Shown in pieces: positions 12,901 through 25,750 of a DNA stretch of 49,903 nucleotides (position 1 is its first letter; every line of letters begins with the position of its first letter). The notes under the pieces are model-generated. The model saw nothing but the letters and a program-made list of their open reading frames with translations, made no database searches and was not told where the DNA came from. A program made the translations under genes and the position numbers. This DNA is from Klebsormidium nitens (taxonomy: Eukaryota; Plantae; Klebsormidiophyceae): positions 1 through 49,903 of the forward strand of contig DF237574.1 in NCBI GenBank assembly GCA_000708835.1, in the 5' to 3' direction.

Positions 12901-13058
12901 TCTACAGATTCTTTGCGAAAAGGCTACACCAAGAGCAGACGGGCCTCCGGCCAGAGGATCGTTTCCGGTTGCTCACACACAAAGACGTCGAGAGATGGAA
13001 GCAAACATTCAAGCGTGCTGCACTAGAGGCCGACGACGACGATGAGGACGAGGACTGA
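9917..13058 (+). CDS. TOC34: Toc34/Toc33-family chloroplast outer envelope import receptor GTPase, 8 exons
   Basis: Exons 9917-10045, 10560-10871, 11077-11147, 11329-11386, 11550-11600, 12037-12102, 12431-12598 and 12891-13058 are all GT-AG and in frame. Motifs: EWRGLAQFPVATQQALHNLL, ILVLGKGAVGKSSTVNSIVGER, LLYVDRLDTYRVD (dimerisation Arg), VLTHG, VAIVENSSRCNTN, and a C-terminal hydrophobic anchor (WLIAPLLALQVGLVY) followed by an acidic tail. Confidence 0.95.
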
Positions 13059-14256
13059 TGCAACGATCAGTCCTCCTCGGATGCAATTTTGGCTCTGCAA
13101 TGTCGCCCGTTTTGAAGTTGTCGTTACGGATGGGTTTCAGTTCGAGTTGCTCTTGTGCGTGTCCCATGGCAACCTTGATTGGCCCAAAATCGCACGCAGC
13201 CCGTGCAGAAAAAGTTAATACGTGCGTCTTAAGATTTAGTCCGTGCGGTTCAATTTGAAGCGAGCTACACATGCGATCTTGAAATCCAATCAAAGCAACT
13301 CCAACGTGATTTTTGATCGCTTTTATTTTGGAAGACCAAGCGACTCAATCCTAATAACGATTTATACAATGGTCATAGGGGTCACGTTCGTAACGATCAC
13401 AACTTAGAACCCATGTTGCGCGTGGATGCATGTAGCGCCATTGCATTCGACCTGGGCCGTCATAGTGCCGGCCAGGTCGACTCAAATCATGCGTCCGATC
13501 AGCGCCAGCAGATTGACATGTACACCAGATTCAGATGGCTAACCTTGGTGCATGATGCGGTACCTCGTGAGGTCGGATTGCTTACAGTGACGGCAAGTGC
13601 CGCACTGCATGCCATGCATCATCATGGATATCCGGGCCCTGGGGGATCCATGGTCGGTCCCGACCGTCTGATCATTGAAACCGACCGATCGGAAGTCACT
13701 GATCTGCATATGGAGCATGATCGACTCAGTTGTACATGCACGTTCAATTGCAATCATTTGCATGATTACATACATGATGCTCGTCCAGAACAGCAGGCGG
13801 CGCGCGACAATATCAGACAGGCCAACTAGCTTATATTTCATGCCCGCCAAGTTGAAGCGGCTGTTTGTGCAGCCCGGCCAAGCATGGACTTAGCTCTTAA
13901 CGATCAGGTTCGCCATGGTATACTTTTCAGCCACCCGCAAGAGGATCGATGCGGTTAAGCATCAATGAAGTTATCTCGGAGCTAGTATTTAATCAAAGTA
14001 ATGTTGACATAATCACACCATCAATGGCTGAAGTCAGTGGACCCACGTGCACTTGAACTCTACATGTTGCTCAAGCTTGCTTATGTAGGTTACCGGTACG
14101 ATATACATACAACATGTTCAACTGCAGCAATCGACTAATATCCGGGCGCAACGTCTCTCAATAGCGCACTTCAATGGCTTTCCCGCCAAAACTGAGGTTT
14201 GCATACCTGCGAGTGGCGCTCTAAACACTTCGTAAAAGGTAAAGCAATCACCTAGC

Positions 14257-17200
14257 TCAAACCGGATGCCGCGCCTCAGAGGGCGGCATCTCGAGGCTCG
14301 CCCCCGCGGCCGGCTGCCGCTTCCGCGCGCCCTTCTTCTTGCGCACCAGCCCCAGCACGCGCTTCGGCAGCTTGGTCACGCCCGCCACCATGTCGTCGAC
14401 CGCGCGCGAGAAGCCGACACCCGTGTCCTTCTGCGCGTGCGCCGCCATGGCCTGCCACGCCGCGGGGTCGCGCTTGAACAGCTCCGACTTCTCCACCTCC
14501 TGGACGATGTGCACGTCCAGCGGCTTGAGCAGGCGCTGCCCGCAGCGGTAGATGAAGTCGGGCAGCACCGCAACAGTCGGGACCAGCAGGCACAGCAGCC
14601 AGAACGCGGGCGCGGGGGCCAGCCGCTGCGGACAAGAAGGCATCGGGTGAGCCACGACGCGGGGAAAGCGGTACCGGAGTTGTTGGTTAGCGCGCTCAAG
14701 GCGGTAAAGAAAGGCTTAGGTAGCAGTGAGGCAGAGTTCAGAATGGGGCAGTGGGGCCTACTAGACGGGACGAAGCAAGGAGCCTGAGCCTCAAAACCGC
14801 CTTCCAAGCTCGCAGTTCTCTGCTACGTGAGTCTTAGTATGCGGGGCTGCCCTGCCCCTCACACTAACGGCCCCTGACCTTTGACGGAGTTAGGGCGTCT
14901 TGAAGGCAGTGAGCTCGAGCGGAGCTCAGGGAGGAAGCCACTGACCGCTTCCGGACAAGAAGCGCAGCAGCTTCTCGGCACCTCTCGACATTTCAAGGAA
15001 ACGAGGAAGAACACGACTCTCAGCCATCCTGATGGGAGCCAGCCGAAGCAGCGTATGGGTATGCGAAACGCTTTGCTGACAACCGGCGCATCGGCGTGCG
15101 GCGCTGACCTCGACGAGCGTCTTGTGCACGTTGGGCGAGATGTTGGTGGGCAGCGCGTTGTAGGCGAGGCAGAAGAGGTACCAGAGCGCCATGCTGCCCC
15201 AGATGAACAAATGATGGATCCACGTCCAATACCCGATGGCCACGCACATCTGGAACGTGACAGTCCACAGAATGCTCGTGTACATGGTCGTCCCGATGTC
15301 ATACATGCCCAACGAGCGGCCGTTGCGCGCAAACGCCTGGTTGGTGCAGCCTTGGATGATCAGGTAGTAGTTGATCAGCGATGCGTAGATGCCGTTCAAC
15401 TGCACAGGAGAGACGGCGGAACATCAGATAACGGACGCAGGGTATGTATTCTGGGGTGGCAACAGTGGTTAGGCCGTTTGTTGGACGGAAGAGGGAAGAC
15501 AAGGACTGCTATGTGACGGTGGGATCTGGCAGGCCGCTTCCAAGCCCGGGCCTTTGTGTTTAGGAAGGCGAGATTCACGGCGACAAACACGAAGCGATGA
15601 AAGGTGCCGTCAATCCTTGAAAGGTGCCAGAACCGGTATGCGTGCATCAATTAAGCTTGCGCAAGCGCAGGTGTGCAGGACTGGCGCCCAATGCTAAGCA
15701 CTGCTCGTGGGCCAGAGCCACAAGCTAGCCGGCTGCTGCTGAGTTGCCCATGAAGCCTCGGTGTAGCAGAAGCTGCCACAAGAAGAGGTTTGCTGGAAGC
15801 ACACCGTGCATCAAGCTGAGTTTATGAGACCTGGAGATTTTCCTCGAGGGCCAACGAGAGGGGAAACGTGGGGCTGACCATCCAGGCGGAGATTTTGGAC
15901 CAGGAGAAGTACGAGTTGGACTGCCCCTGCAGGTACAGCGCGGGGAAGGCCAGGCTGGTGGCCGCGCCCACGTCCTGGTCCAGCACGCCCACCGCAATCA
16001 CGGGCAGCGACGTGAAGATCAGATTGTAGAACGTCAGATACCTGGGGGAAAAGAACGAGGAGTAAGCCTTCGGGGACTTTGGTTCAGTCTCTGCGATGCA
16101 GCAGCATGAGAGCCCCCAAGCAATGGCAGAGATGCTTCATCAACAAGCTGAAGTTGCAGGCTAATCCCGGAAAACTTCCAAGGCAAGTACAGAAGACAAA
16201 ACACAGCAATGACGAGACGAAGCTAACGATTTGGGGCATGCCCAAAAGTGAAGCTCAGGTTTCCCCCAAAAGCCAGAAGGAGGCTTGAGGAGCGGAGCGG
16301 CGGTGCGCGCTGACCAGTCGTCGTAGATGGGCTGCACGCTGAAGAAGGCGTAGCGCGAGAAGAAGAAGAGCGTGAGGCCGAAGGTGACGTTTTTGTAGAA
16401 GAAGTAGCTGATCATCAGCGCAATGCGCCGGTAGCACCACCGCCCGTGCACCAGCAGCAGCCGCTCCAAGAAGCGGAACTGCCCGATCGCAAAGTCGCTC
16501 GCCATCACCGCCTGTGCCGAGAAGGAAGACACAGGTCACGCGGAAGGCTTGGGCTTTATTCCACTAGGTCTACATAAGAATGACTCCACAGCCTCTATTC
16601 GAAAATCGCAGAGCAGCACATACGTAGACCTTCTTCTGGCCTGACACGTTCAATCTCTTGTCATACATTTAGGCTGCTAGCATCTCAAGGGACCGTGACA
16701 ATTGATCATGAAGAGCCCGGAAGGAACTCCGACTGCCGGGCCGGACGATTGCCAGCAGCGTTCCCAAACAAACTGGAGCCTTGACCTGGCGAAGCTTGCA
16801 CCCGACCATTGGCTCTTGGTTTCAGGACCATTTTCAACGCCAACCACGCATTGCTCTTTTGAGTCTCAGCTGACGTGTCAGCGTACTATTCCCCTGATGT
16901 GCGGTGTGCTGACCTGCGTGCCCTCGAAGCCGCTGATGCCCACCCCAATGTCCGCTGCGTTGATCATGCCTACGTCGTTGGCGCCATCCCCAATGCCCAA
17001 ACAGATCTTGCCCAGCGCCTCCTTCACCAAGTACGTCACCTGCACACGCACATGTAGTGCCGTCAAACCTCAGCACCCCCCTCACGCAATTTACACGTCA
17101 CTCTGAGATATCGATTTCACAAGAGATCGTCGGTCGAGGAAATATCGCGCGCTGATTTGCCCTCTCGGATTCTCCCCTGCTGACAGCTGCTGAAACGTCC

Positions 17201-20200
17201 AGTGGCTTCGGCCTCCTCTCCCTTTGCAACTTAAAGCCAACGATGGAGCCAGCCCTGCCCCCTGTCTAGTTCGCCCCGACCGCTGACACGACTCCTTGTG
17301 TAGCAGACAACGGAAAGGCTTTGAGTTAAGCGCAATTGAGGACTAAACAACGGCAATATACCGTAAGCGGACAATTCTTGCAGGATTTGTGATCTGTCGA
17401 TGGAGCAAGGGAACTGGAGGAATGTCGCCTCGAAGGCTGACGAAGAGATGGTTTCATTCGGTATCGCACAGAGGGCAGAGAAGAGGTATACATTCTGAGA
17501 TGGAGAGATCTATCCGGTGTGCTCACCAGCGCCTTTTGCTTGGGCGACACGCGGCACGCGATGACGGCCGCGCACGCCTGCGCCAGCTCCAGGAACTTGT
17601 CCTTGTTCTGCGCGTCCAGCGCAAAGGTAAGGCTCTTGCCGTCGATCACCAGCGCAAACACGCCCGGCGCCGCATCCGGGTTTTCGGTCTCCTTCTTGCG
17701 CAGCGCCGCAATGCGCGCCAGCCCGGCCTCCAGTTGCTCCACTGTCAGCCGCATCGATACCTGCACCGGGAGGAGCACAAGTGAGTCCTAGATAGCTACC
17801 AAGAACGGAATCGTAAGAGCGGTCAGATGGGGAACGCAAACACAGGTTGCCCGGCACCCCCTTCTCGTGCAACGACCCTGCCTGCTCCCAAGGCAATCAT
17901 TCGCACGCAACAGCAGAAAAGTTTGGCACGGGTCTCTGGCAATTAACAGACAGCGCCCAATATATCCGCTTATTTGGAAGACACGACCTGTGGCAGTGCC
18001 GGGACACCAATGTCATCAAAGCGTTGCCATCGCTGCGCCTTCCGCATAGGCAGCCCCTTGCGGCGCTCACTTCAAAGAGCTTGTCCTTGTCGCCCGCCTC
18101 GTCCGCGGCCGCGACCTCGGGCCGATCGAGCGTGACGAGGATGCGGTCCATGCCCTGGCGGAGCAGGCTGCACGCGTACCCGATGTTGATCGCCGTCTCC
18201 ACCTTGTCGCCCGTCAGCACCCAGATCTTCAGCCCCGCCTGCCGCCAAGATCAAGAAGCGCGCCCGTCAGCGCGCAGGAAAGAATGAGAACGGCACAGGC
18301 AGGCCCGTACACATTGGCAAGCTCAGCGGCGGCTTCCTTGACGGTTTCCGCAACCCATCCTATCTCAAAGCACGGAGAACGATGGCATTTGTCGACCAAA
18401 AGGTCCCGTTGTTGGTTAAATACGGTCAGCTTGACCTGTTTAAAGTGTCCGCTCGTGCGTCACCTTGATGGCAAGAACAGGACAAGCTTGGCGTGTACTG
18501 AAGTGGGTGCGCACGTCACCTTGGCGAGCTTGTCGATGGTCTCGGGCACGCCTGCCTGCAGTTTGTCCTCCACGCCGCTGCAGCCCAGCAGCGTCAGGTC
18601 GCGCTCAATCTCCTCCGCGGCCTCGTCCACCTTTTGACCACGGTCAGGGCCCACGATTGCCTTGGCAGCGTCGTACGTCTGCACGTAAAGAAGCCGCGGG
18701 AAAAGGTCAGGGAAAAAAGCGCCTTTGGGTAGCGTGCTCAGTAAAACACCCAACGCAGGGAGTCCGGACACAGAGGAATCCCGGTGCAGGCTTATTATGT
18801 TACCTACGCAGGAAAACGCCTTGGCAGCGTCTTATATCTGCCACAGAGCAGCCAGCGACAGAAGCTCAAGATGAAATTCGTCCACAAGAGGGTTCCCGTA
18901 CAGTAGCTTGGTGACAGAAACCCCGCGCGGTAAAATGTCGAAACCAGTACACTCTAGTGAAGATTCGCGTGGCCCATATCCAGTTTGAAACGACTACAGA
19001 ACAAAGATTGTCAGAACGCATCGTCAATTAGTCACAAGCGGGTCACCACCTTTGCCTTTCAGAAACTCTGTTAACATTAACTCTGTTATGTATCGGTTTC
19101 CGGAGCAGCTTCTCCAGATTCGCAAACTCATTCCAAGACAGGCATCGCCAGGTCCTCGTGGTGGGCAGCCGTTTGCGAAGGTTGTGTCAAGCTCCACAAG
19201 GACCGCCATAGCACGCTTAAAAGCACGGCCACGGCGCCTGCTCACCTTGCTCCAGGCCTTGTACTCGGCGGGGTCCAGGACGCGGAAGCCGAAGCAGAGT
19301 GTGCGCAGGCCGGCCTGGCTGTACTGCTCCAGGTGCTCCTTGGTGGCCGCCGCATATTGGCGACCCGAGGAGCCCAAACGCTCGTAGATCACATTGTCGG
19401 CACCCTGCGCACGTACGACCAACTGGTCATCCTCCGAGAGCGAAGAAAGCAAAAGATGTGATACGAAAAGTACGAAAGTGGACGACGAAAAGGCAGAGCA
19501 ACAGTCGGAAGGAAGTAATCGAGTGGACGGACCAAGAATTTCGTGAAAAAGTATTCAGACACTCTTGCAAAGGCAATGGAAGGCGTTGCATGTAAGGAAT
19601 GCGCAGGCTGTGGCTCCCACCTTGGTGAGCAGCAGGATTTTGCCGGCGGGGTCCTTGACAATGACGCTCATGCGCTTGCGCGTGCTGTCAAACTCGAGCA
19701 GGTTCAGAATCTCATACTTGCACTCGACCTCCTTGCCGTCCTCGCTCTCTGAAGGCTCTGAGACAAACACCGCGCTCGACGTGCGCCTGCAGCAAAGCCA
19801 GAAAGAATCAATAACCGTGACACAAGTGGCCTACTTCGTAAATTCCCGGCAGAAGAATAACGAGAGCCATCGAGCGCCCTAATAAACATCACGCAGTGTT
19901 CCAGCAATATGGCCGCATCAAGCATAGAAACCAAGCAAGCTCGAAGAGCAAGCTCTCTGACAGCCCCATGCTCGTCAAGCACTGCGGAAGATTGACCAAA
20001 ATCTACAAACTTATCCGAAACACGCGATGCTTGACTGCCAATCAAACGGAACCAGTCATCTAGGAAAGCAACGGTTCCCACGTTAGTCAACCCAGTAAAA
20101 CGCCCCATTGAATCGACTCCTTGTTGATTTCTTGTTAACAAGTAGCCAGCTACTGCCTGTGTCTGAATTCGTCCACTTCCAACGCCCCCCGCCCGCACCC

Positions 20201-23200
20201 CCAGCTCACCGGTAGAAGAAGAAGCCGAACGCGGCGGCCGCCTCGACGAGCGCGCCCTCGTCGGGGCTCTCGACTTGGTAGATGATCTTGTCGCGCGTTG
20301 GCTCCCCTTCCGGGATGGCCGTGTGGCACACAGCGAGCACACGGAAGAACATGCGCAGCGTGCCGGGGTCCGCCTCTTCCAGCCAGTGCCCCCCCTGCAG
20401 CCGCTCGTCCACCAGATTAAACCCCTTGCGCTTCGCGCGCGGGGACCGTACCGGCGACGACACCGTCCCGCTGCTCGGGGACAACGGCCGGGGCGCACCG
20501 ACAGAGCCGTTTGCGGAGCCCTTTGGGCTGCTGATTGCGCCCGGCAAGTTGCCCCGCCCGTCCGAACCAGCGTCAGTGGGCCCCGCTTCGATTTCTCCAA
20601 TTGAGAGCGGTGGCGGGGGAGCGCCGTTGGAGGCGGGCGAGGAGGTCGGGGAGAGCTCGCCGGCGCCCCCAGACTCTTCGTCGCCGTGCCAGCGGCCCTC
20701 CGCTTTGAGGCGCTTGATGGCCGCTTTTTCTACCTCCGTTTGGCCAGTCTGGGGCGCAAGAAGTGGAAAAGGTCAGGCACACGCTGGGCAGGCTGCGCCA
20801 GCCCGGGCAACAATCGTAAAAACAAATGGTCGAAACAGAAAATGCAGGAGCTTACGTCAGCGTGAAGCAAAGCGACGAAGGACCAATAAAAGAATGACGG
20901 TTGTAAAGCCTGTATCATATGGTGAGGGCTGGTCGAGCACATCAAATACAGAGCAAAGATGCTGGAGTGGATAAAAGGTGCGCCCTTACCCCGTAGGTGA
21001 CCCCCGCGATGCTGCACTTGAAGAACTCCATCTGGTTGCACGTCAGGGTGCCCGTCTTGTCCGTCAGGATGGTGTCGATCTGCAAAGCAAAGCGACAGAC
21101 GAGCTCACAAACGCTGCAAGAACGTGCACTGCACACAAATTGCTCTGGCCACAACACCCAAACCTAGAGTTTTGCATGTAGAGTGAGTGTATTATATTCA
21201 CTGCTCTGAAAACACTCTTCGATTTGATTGCCCGAGCTACGTTAGCGCACCTGTCCGAGCTCCTCGTTCAAGTTGGACGTGCGGCAGTTGGTGGGCTGGT
21301 CCGTCTCGGGATAGTACATAGTGCGGTCCTGCATACGACAGCACGACACAATCATTGTGCGCGATCAATCTTGGTTCCAGGTACGGTTCACTCAGAAAGA
21401 GTCTCACTGGACGCCAGACGGGCGCCTCGCTTGGTCATGCGAACACAGCTCAGCAGGTCATAAGAGCTGCACCACTGCACGAGAAGCATGCAGGAAGTTG
21501 GTATAAGGATGCAAGCAAATGTTGAGTCTAGGGAGCTTGACACTAGGGAGCTTGACACTTAGACACTCTCTCGCCCTTTCATGCTGGCATGGTGAGTGGT
21601 CTGACCTGCGAGATGTTGAAGGCCTGGATGACCTTGACGATCTCGACGGTGACGTAAAGCGAGATGGGGATGAGGTACCCGTACAGGATGAAGGCCGTAA
21701 CGAACTGCGTGATGCCGCTCACTGCCGCGCGGTCGGGGTCCCAGTACACCTCGTGCTGGAACGGACCCAGGTAGAACGCGCCAGGCATCGCGCGCTTCGT
21801 CAGCAGCCCTGCACGCAGCCGCGGGGGAGAGAAGTGAGATTCGAACCGACCTGAACCTAAAAGGAGGACCAGCATTTCCCTCGGTCTGGATTGCCTGAGT
21901 TCTGAAAAGTCTTGAACCACCCAAATCGTAAGCTAGCATTTGACGGAAGCTCAAATCGGGTGACCAGGTATTGCGCGCTTCGTCAGCAGCCATGCACGCA
22001 GCCGGGTGGGGGAATTGGATAGCAAACAACCTGAAAACCATTAGTTGGCTAGCACTAATGGTTCTGACTTCTCATGTTCTGGGGTGTGAAAATTGCCCAG
22101 AGCGTACACTAGTGATTGATGAATCGAAGCTCAGAGGAGCAGTTCAATGACTAGAGGAAAACTGCCGTAGAAAGAATCGCCGCGATATCTTTGATGGAAC
22201 AGGCCTTGAGAGCGCACGCGACAAGCCTGCAGTAGCGGCTTCAGGCAGCCACAACATTCCTCTTCATAGGGCGGCGGAACTTCACCCATCTCAATCATTG
22301 TAACTCGAGTGGGATTCAGCACACCTGAGACTACATTATCATTGGACTTGACCAAGCCAAACACCGAATGGAATTCACAAAGTATAGAAGGAACTTGGAA
22401 AATCCAAGTGGACATAGAAGTTATCATTCATTGACCTGATTGTCAAGTAGTACGTCGTATACCTGTCATGATGACAGAATGAGTAGTAAAGTAGCCTCCG
22501 CTGTCGAAAAGTAATTGCTGGTTTCCAACGGGTTTCAGGTTAATCAGTGCCCGAATGCACAGCTCACCGTAGACCAGCCCGGTGATGAAGGCCATGACGA
22601 AGAGCCACGCAAAGAGCGCGAGAATGATTTTGTCCATCTGGCGCTCCAGGCTGCTGCGCTTGCTGGGCGGGTCCGTCGCGTTCTGCATCACCTTCGTGTC
22701 GTGCCCCGCAAAGATGACCGCCCCAACCACCCACTCCGTGTTGCGCAGCTTAGAGTCTCGCAGCAGGATGGATGCGGGCGGGATGGAAGTGGTCTGCTCC
22801 TTCCACTCCAAGGTGCCCACAAACGTGTACAGGGACGGGTTTGGGTCCTCGCATTTGATGTGCGCGTCCTTGAAGCTGCAGTAGGGGGAGGACCAGAGCA
22901 CTTAAGCCAGATCTACGCAAAATTTCACGAAGTTGCCGCTGCAACCCTTCGTTGATTCGACTGAGGCTCACCTAAAGCTGCACAACCGCCCTGCAGTCCA
23001 GTGCCTTTGCCAGAACCCCTCCAGCCTGGTCAGCCTACAGACGGCTGCCAACGACTCAATCCGGCTGGCTAAAAGTTTCACTCAGAGGTTGTCTGCAAGC
23101 ATGACAGACGAAGAAGCCAACCGTTCTACTGACGCTTGGAAAGTCTGCATGATTTGCAAGTCATTATTTTCTGGAAAGGGAGACCGGCCTAAAGGAAAAG

Positions 23201-24698
23201 TGAGAAGGGCATTCACTTGCGGGAGACCTTTCAACAGGAAAGAGAAATAGAACATGATGATTCCAAAAGCGCCACCTGCCTGCCGTGCTGCGCCTCACCT
23301 GGCAAGGTCGCTGTGCACCTGCAGTGTCTGCTCCAGCGCGCGCCGCACCTTCAGGTTCGTCTCCCCGTCCAGGTTCATGGTCTCCACGTAGCAGGACGCC
23401 TCCTCTGAGCTGGACGACAGGAACAGCAGGTCCGCGGGGAAGAATGCGTCCTTCTCCACCTTCACCACGTCCCCTACGCGCAGGTCGCGCCACCGCACCG
23501 ACTCCAGCTGCCCTCCGCCGCTGTGCCGCAACACCTGGCAGACACAGGACGAAATTAAACGCCAGGATAGTGGGGACTGGCGTATACTACATAATCAGCA
23601 ACCAAGGGCGGCACAGGAATCTGAGAAATGGGGGCCATGACCACATGTGCGAGCAGGGGCTTGCCCAAGGAACAAAGCCCCAAGCTCCATGTCCGCAAGG
23701 AAGGCGGCAAGCTACGAGTGGGTGCTGAATACAACTGTTTGCACTGACCGCCTCAGATTGCACTTTACCCTGCTACCTTTACGGGAAAGATCTGGGCCCG
23801 CTTTGAACAAAGTCGCGATGCATGGCCCTTTCACTACTTCAAGGTGCCCTCTTCACTTCAATACTCAGAGAAGTCAGGTTAGCAGAGGTGCAGTTCCTCT
23901 GTCATTCGTGCCGAAGAGTGTTCCTTGATGTACCGATTGACGGGACTGACCTTGAACCAGCCAACCTCTCAGTCTGCCAATGTACTGGGGGGGATACAAT
24001 CAAGGGCCTCCCCCAAGCTCTCAGCCGACAAGCTGCCATGCAATTTCAGCAGATTACCACCTACCTTGCGGTTGTTGATCTCCACGTCGGCCCCATGCCG
24101 ACGCCAGTCCTCAATCTGCAAGCAGAATAAGCAACATCTGTTGAGCTCGGAGGTCAAGTCTGCAGTCTTTGCTCATTCAACAATCCAAGCCCCCTCAGGG
24201 CAGGCCCCATCGCTGTGTGTGGAAAACAAAGAGTTGAAGCTGATGATGAGGGGCAATCCTCCTGACACCAGCAGCAAGTAAACAAATCTACATGCGGGGC
24301 GGCCAACATGAGAGCACCAGGAGGTAGAGCCGTACCGCTTCTTTGATGAGCGAGACTCCAATGACGAATATCAACGGAAGAATGACAGTGACGGGGCTGT
24401 ATGGCGTGAGCGGTGTGAGGGAGATGGCAGCGGAGAAGAGGAAGTAGAGGTTGGCCAGCCGCCGGAACTGCTCGTAGAGGCCCTTGGGGAAGAAGGTGAG
24501 CAGGGTGTACTTGGTGGTGCTCGTGCGATTCAACGGGTACCTGGAGGCTGCGCTCCGCTCGGGCTCGTTGAGCCATAGCTCACGCGAGAACCCCCCCGCT
24601 CCAACTTCGTCACGCGCGCTCAGGTTTTCGGTGGTCTTGGGGGCCGCCACGCAGCACTTGAGGTGCGCAGGGATGCCCACCTTCTTGATGGGGCCCAT
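14257..24698 (-). CDS. ALA: P4-type ATPase (phospholipid flippase, ALA family, resembling plant ALA4-12), 18 exons
   Basis: Exons 24698-24336, 24115-24065, 23534-23299, 22875-22568, 21808-21606, 21328-21251, 21079-20990, 20748-20210, 19786-19621, 19404-19246, 18678-18520, 18238-18071, 17760-17527, 17039-16914, 16511-16315, 16041-15879, 15399-15109 and 14625-14257 are all GT-AG and in frame. Motifs: [100 protein letters not shown]. Confidence 0.97.
18659..18860 (-). repeat. Direct duplication of the flippase exon 11 acceptor junction (18659-18682 copied at 18818-18841)
   Basis: Plus-strand GCCTTGGCAGCGTCGTACGTCTGC versus GCCTTGGCAGCGTCTTATATCTGC (21/24), with weak further similarity on the intron side. 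Confidence 0.65.
21528..21557. repeat. 15-bp perfect tandem duplication (CTAGGGAGCTTGACA x2) in a flippase intron
   Basis: Read directly at 21528-21542 and 21543-21557. Confidence 0.9.
21781..22003 (-). repeat. Direct duplication of the flippase exon 5 acceptor junction (21781-21820 copied at 21964-22003)
   Basis: 37 of 40 nt are identical, with weaker similarity for about 40 nt further into the intron. The copy has CAT in place of the acceptor CAG. Confidence 0.85.
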
Positions 24699-25519
24699 GC
24701 CAGCCGCAAGCAGGGGGGCAGGAAGGGGGGGGGCGCCCAGCTCAGATGGAAAGAGTGCGCCGGAGTCTAAGGCAACAAGAGCGGCCAGCTTGCTAAGGTG
24801 ATCAATTTAGGGTGTTGGGCCAATAGATGCAGTAAAGGGCACCTACGGGACAACACTCGAACGACACTGACTACTTTGTCAAACAACACATCAGAGTATC
24901 TGCCGAGCTTTCAAATATTTGTAAGTGTCTTCAGAAGTGAAGGAGCCTGCCCTGTCTCGGTCTGAAGCTCCAGATTCAGGTGCGTCTTGCAATAATTATG
25001 CGTTCTGGCCCCTGGGCAGATTCTCTGACTGTTTCAGGTCAACATGGATAGAAGCAAGCCGGGCGGCCACATTCCCAACTAATTGCAACTCAGCTCTAAC
25101 AATTTAGCTGCACAGGAACTCGCAGCACCCCAGCTTTGTATCAAAAGTGTCCGCAAATGCCATGCCAAAACCGCAGCGGGCGCTTGTGCCTGTTCAACGC
25201 AATTAGTGGAAGCCCCAATTGCTGAAAGAACACGGCAGCCCTGCCCAGCCGTGTTCTTACACTATCCCGCTAGCAGCAGTGCTGACTGTGAGTTTGGGGT
25301 CAAGCTAACTTGGGTCCAAGCCGCCATGAAATCCAGCATGGCCAGCTGGATTGGGCGCCGCGCTGACCAGCAGGGCTGGCACCAATGGCAACAGTGGCAG
25401 CAGCTCTGCGCACAAGCTGCGCTAATCCTCGGAAGTTCCTGAATTCTGCTGAGCTGTACCGGCAGTGTACGGGCTGACGTCAGCCATGATGTTCGGAGGT
25501 TGAATTGAAACTTGTTTTG

Positions 25520-25750
25520 ACAAGTGTAAACTTCGAACTTGAACTTTCAACTGTCCAATAGGAGCTCAGAGATGAGCCAGCAAGGCTGGCCCGGGAAGGG
25601 GGCCCGGTATTATAGGGCCGGGCGGATAAATAGGTGCAGTTCCTCTGGCAACTTCGAACTCAGTTGAACAAAGCTCAAACTTGAAGTTCAAGTCGAGTTT
25701 TGACGTACGGTTCTGTTCAATACTAGAGCAAGTTTGACTTTGTTTACACT
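25520..25750. repeat. Imperfect inverted-repeat region (AACTTGAAC/GTTCAAGT-rich arms around a GC-rich core with TATTATA) upstream of the flippase
   Basis: Left arm GTGTAAACTTCGAACTTGAACTT resembles the reverse complement of the right arm (GTCAAAACTCGACTTGAACTT). TTCAACTG/CAGTTGAA and GTGTAAAC/GTTTACAC also pair. No TSD was identified. Confidence 0.4.

Noticed and set aside
13413-13829. 138-aa His/Asp-rich ORF
   Set aside because: It lacks the GC3 bias of real exons here and is explained by CATG/GATC-rich composition.
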